Source: Candidatus Poseidoniaceae archaeon
GTDB lineage: Archaea > Thermoplasmatota > Poseidoniia > Poseidoniales > Poseidoniaceae
Length of the DNA stretch: 51,082 bases
Reading direction: 5' to 3'
NCBI GenBank assembly: GCA_028821785.1
Contig: JAPKFC010000004.1
Span: 1-51,082, forward strand
The position numbers and the translations under genes are program-made. Shown here one piece after another: positions 48,641-51,082 of the stretch. The notes below the pieces were generated by a model. That model had not been told where the DNA came from, did not search any database, and saw only the letters and a list, made by a program, of their open reading frames with translations. The number at the start of each line of letters is the position of its first letter. Position 1 is the stretch's first letter.

Positions 48641-49981
48641 GTGAGGCTTCTATTCCCTTTGCTGACAATTTTACTTCTCGCACCCTTGTCCCAAGCACAA
48701 GGTCTCGCTGAAGTATTGCAAGAGTGCCCTAGTACGATGACTGGAAGTTCACAACCTGAGCAGGTACATTTGCAAATAACAGATAATCCTAACGAGATGG
48801 TTGTAGTTTGGGCTACAGAACAAAGAGGCGATGCGGTAGCTGAATGGAGTTCTGAAAGCGCTTCTAATTCTGCTAACGGTGATTCATATTGTTACAATCA
48901 TGACAAGGCATTCCATATGGTGGTGATGAATGGTTTAACTCTCGGTGAGGAAGTAACCTATCGTGTAGGAAATGGCAATGTTTGGTCGCAAGAATTCACA
49001 TTTACCCCTTTCAATCCTGATGCGGAACATTTTGAATGGATCTCTATTGCTGACCATGGCCTTTCTTCTGAAGCACTGGATGTTACAGAGGCCATTATTG
49101 CAGATTCTGAAGCACAACTTGTAACAATTTCTGGTGATATAGCATATGCAGATGGAAATCAAAATGTTTGGGATGATTGGTTTTCAACCCAGCAAGAAAG
49201 TATGGCCTCGATACCATGGGTTACTACAGTTGGTAATCATGAAAATGAACCAGCCGTAGGTTTTGAGGCTTATGAGCATCGTTTTGATTCAGATGGAGTA
49301 ATAGAGAGTGAAACATTCTGGTTTTCACGAAATATTCCAGGTGTGCATCTTGTTTTCATGTCCACAGAACACGAGTACACTCCTGGTAGTGTACAATATA
49401 ATTGGCTTCAAAACGATTTACAAGCAGCTAATACTCCTGATGCTAGAAATGACAAACCTTTCATTATCGTAATAGGTCACAAACCGATGTATTCAAGCAA
49501 CGATTATCATGGTTCAGAGGTTGAACTTCGTGATGCACTTGAAGCGCTTTATGTTGAAAATGGAGTAAATCTTGTTATTGCTGGACACGACCATTTCTAT
49601 GAACGGACATGGCCGGTTAATGGTGAGAAGGTTTCAGACAAAGGTGGCGGAGATATCTTTGGAAAAGGCCATGAACCGATACATTTGGTAATTGGTATTG
49701 CTGGAAGATCTGCATATGAGGAATTGGAAGAGCCGCAGCCGGAGTGGAGTGCTTATCGAGAGAATAGTAGTTATGGCTGGACTCGTCTTGTCTATGATGA
49801 TAATACACGTCAACTAGAATTTACCCATCATCGAATTGATGGTACAATCGGTGATTCTTTCACACTTCAAGAATCATTCATCAGCATTGAATCTGAAGAT
49901 TCGAGCGTGCTTGGAATAATTGGTATTGATTCAATGTTCGCAATCATTGCACTTTTGGGTGCAGCATTACGCAAGCAATAG
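48641..49981 (+). CDS. Secreted purple acid phosphatase-family metallophosphoesterase with C-terminal anchor
   Basis: GTG start behind GGAGG; PEQVHL Fn3-like domain; ADHG, GDIAY, GNHE, GHKPMY and GHDHFYER. Confidence 0.92.
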   Translation: MRLLFPLLTILLLAPLSQAQGLAEVLQECPSTMTGSSQPEQVHLQITDNPNEMVVVWATEQRGDAVAEWSSESASNSANGDSYCYNHDKAFHMVVMNGLTLGEEVTYRVGNGNVWSQEFTFTPFNPDAEHFEWISIADHGLSSEALDVTEAIIADSEAQLVTISGDIAYADGNQNVWDDWFSTQQESMASIPWVTTVGNHENEPAVGFEAYEHRFDSDGVIESETFWFSRNIPGVHLVFMSTEHEYTPGSVQYNWLQNDLQAANTPDARNDKPFIIVIGHKPMYSSNDYHGSEVELRDALEALYVENGVNLVIAGHDHFYERTWPVNGEKVSDKGGGDIFGKGHEPIHLVIGIAGRSAYEELEEPQPEWSAYRENSSYGWTRLVYDDNTRQLEFTHHRIDGTIGDSFTLQESFISIESEDSSVLGIIGIDSMFAIIALLGAALRKQ

Positions 49982-50132
49982 CAAGCGAAAAGGATTATTC
50001 GATACTCAAACTTGCTTTCTAAACACTAGCGTTCCTACTGGCCCACTGAATCCCCTTTGTATCGGAAAATAAAATGCAAAGGGTTCAGATTTCCCAATAA
50101 TGATTAAGCGAAGGCGCTCCTAGTGTGCCTCA

Positions 50133-50522
50133 ATGCAACCCCCACAACAGTCTCCCTCACTACTGGTAGGTAGACCAGATATGGAGGGGGCAATGCCGCC
50201 CCATGCTTATGGAAATCAACAAGGTAGGGTGTTTGCAGTAGCTCAGAATAATGCCTCTGCAACGGCGGGGTTGGTCCTAGGAATCATCGCTATGGTGTTT
50301 TCAATTATGGCTCCGTTTTTCTTTTTAATTTGCTGTGTCTTCTCAATCCCACTTGCATTTTTGGGCATTATATTTTCACACATAGGATACTCCAACGCAA
50401 AAACAACTGGCGTTGGGAAGAGGCAAGCCATCGCTGGACTCATACTTAATTGGCCATCACTTCTATTGGGCCTTATACCAATCGTATCTGGTTTATATCC
50501 TGAATTTTTCTCTTGGATTTGA
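50133..50522 (+). CDS. Small membrane protein, DUF4190-like
   Basis: Pro/Gln N-terminus; ATAGLVLGII...LGIIFSHIG...GKRQAIAGLIL pattern. Confidence 0.75.
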   Translation: MQPPQQSPSLLVGRPDMEGAMPPHAYGNQQGRVFAVAQNNASATAGLVLGIIAMVFSIMAPFFFLICCVFSIPLAFLGIIFSHIGYSNAKTTGVGKRQAIAGLILNWPSLLLGLIPIVSGLYPEFFSWI

Positions 50523-50631
50523 ATCCACAAGGGTCTGAACACTCGCTACCCTCGTGTTCAAAATGAACTAAAGGGACCTATTCGTTCAACGCTGAGAATA
50601 AATTTAATTGATATTTGTTCGTGGGTGAGTT

Positions 50632-51081
50632 ATGAGCCGTAAAAAATTGAACGTCATATTTATTGCCGCTGCGTTGTTTCTTGCTGGTTGCATAGGAGGA
50701 GACGATGGTGCTGAAGACGGTAATGGCAATTCAGAAATCATAACTTTTAATCATCAATTTGAAGTGATTGAGGTTGGTGGCGTTACTGGCCCCTACTCTG
50801 ATAGCTATTGTGGTTATGAAGAAGATGAGGAATGCCATATTTTCGTTGTTTCTATCAGCAACATAGGAATCGAGGATCTATCTATCAGTCCGCCATACTG
50901 GTCTGCAATAGGCGATGATGGAGGCATATATACGACTTACACTGGAGATGGGCTCTCAAAAATAATTCCTGGTGCCACCACAGAAATATCCCTTGGATTT
51001 GATGTCAGTAATGGAGTAAAGCTAACTACATTACGCTTTAATTCGCAGACCCTTGATTCTGACTATGAATGGCTCCTAGAT
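50632..51081 (+). CDS. Putative lipoprotein (partial; runs off the window edge)
   Basis: Not in the ORF track. Manual translation gives MSRKKLNVIFIAAALFLAGC-IGGDDG... with lipobox LAGC, open to the window end; Ig-like body (VSISNIG...IIPGATTEISLGFDV); GGTGA upstream. Confidence 0.8.
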   Translation, partial: MSRKKLNVIFIAAALFLAGCIGGDDGAEDGNGNSEIITFNHQFEVIEVGGVTGPYSDSYCGYEEDEECHIFVVSISNIGIEDLSISPPYWSAIGDDGGIYTTYTGDGLSKIIPGATTEISLGFDVSNGVKLTTLRFNSQTLDSDYEWLLD

Positions 51082-51082
51082 T

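Overview
About 40% GC, gene-dense archaeal chromosomal window. Gene content (A/V-type ATP synthase operon, Rpo6, PurP, archaeal aroA'/aroB' route, heme O/A synthases, many acidic secreted proteins and S8 proteases) is most consistent with Marine Group II Thermoplasmatota (Poseidoniales); this is inferred, not searched. In order: atpH-I-K-E-C-F-A(partial), a UbiE/MenG-like methyltransferase, three KaiC/RAD55-like genes, a prepilin-like lamin-tail protein, a 989 aa surface protein, tRNA-Ser(GCT), ctaA/ctaB, a thioredoxin-like protein, rpoK, kynA, purP, AIM24, a duplicated YfaP-domain protein, an HTH regulator, a shikimate plus aspartokinase operon, a MoxR/DUF58 operon, a three-subunit molybdo-flavoenzyme resembling 4-hydroxybenzoyl-CoA reductase (hcrCAB order), a bacterial-type glycerolipid acyltransferase, two S8 proteases, a 1359 aa orphan polytopic membrane protein, oligoribonuclease, a purple acid phosphatase and a partial lipoprotein. 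I saw no CRISPR array, integrase, transposase or rRNA. The best candidates for undescribed systems are the HcrCAB-like enzyme in an aerobic archaeon, the active-plus-degenerate KaiC triad beside a pilin-like protein, and the AIM24/tandem-YfaP pair. All family calls come from motif recognition by eye, without database searches.
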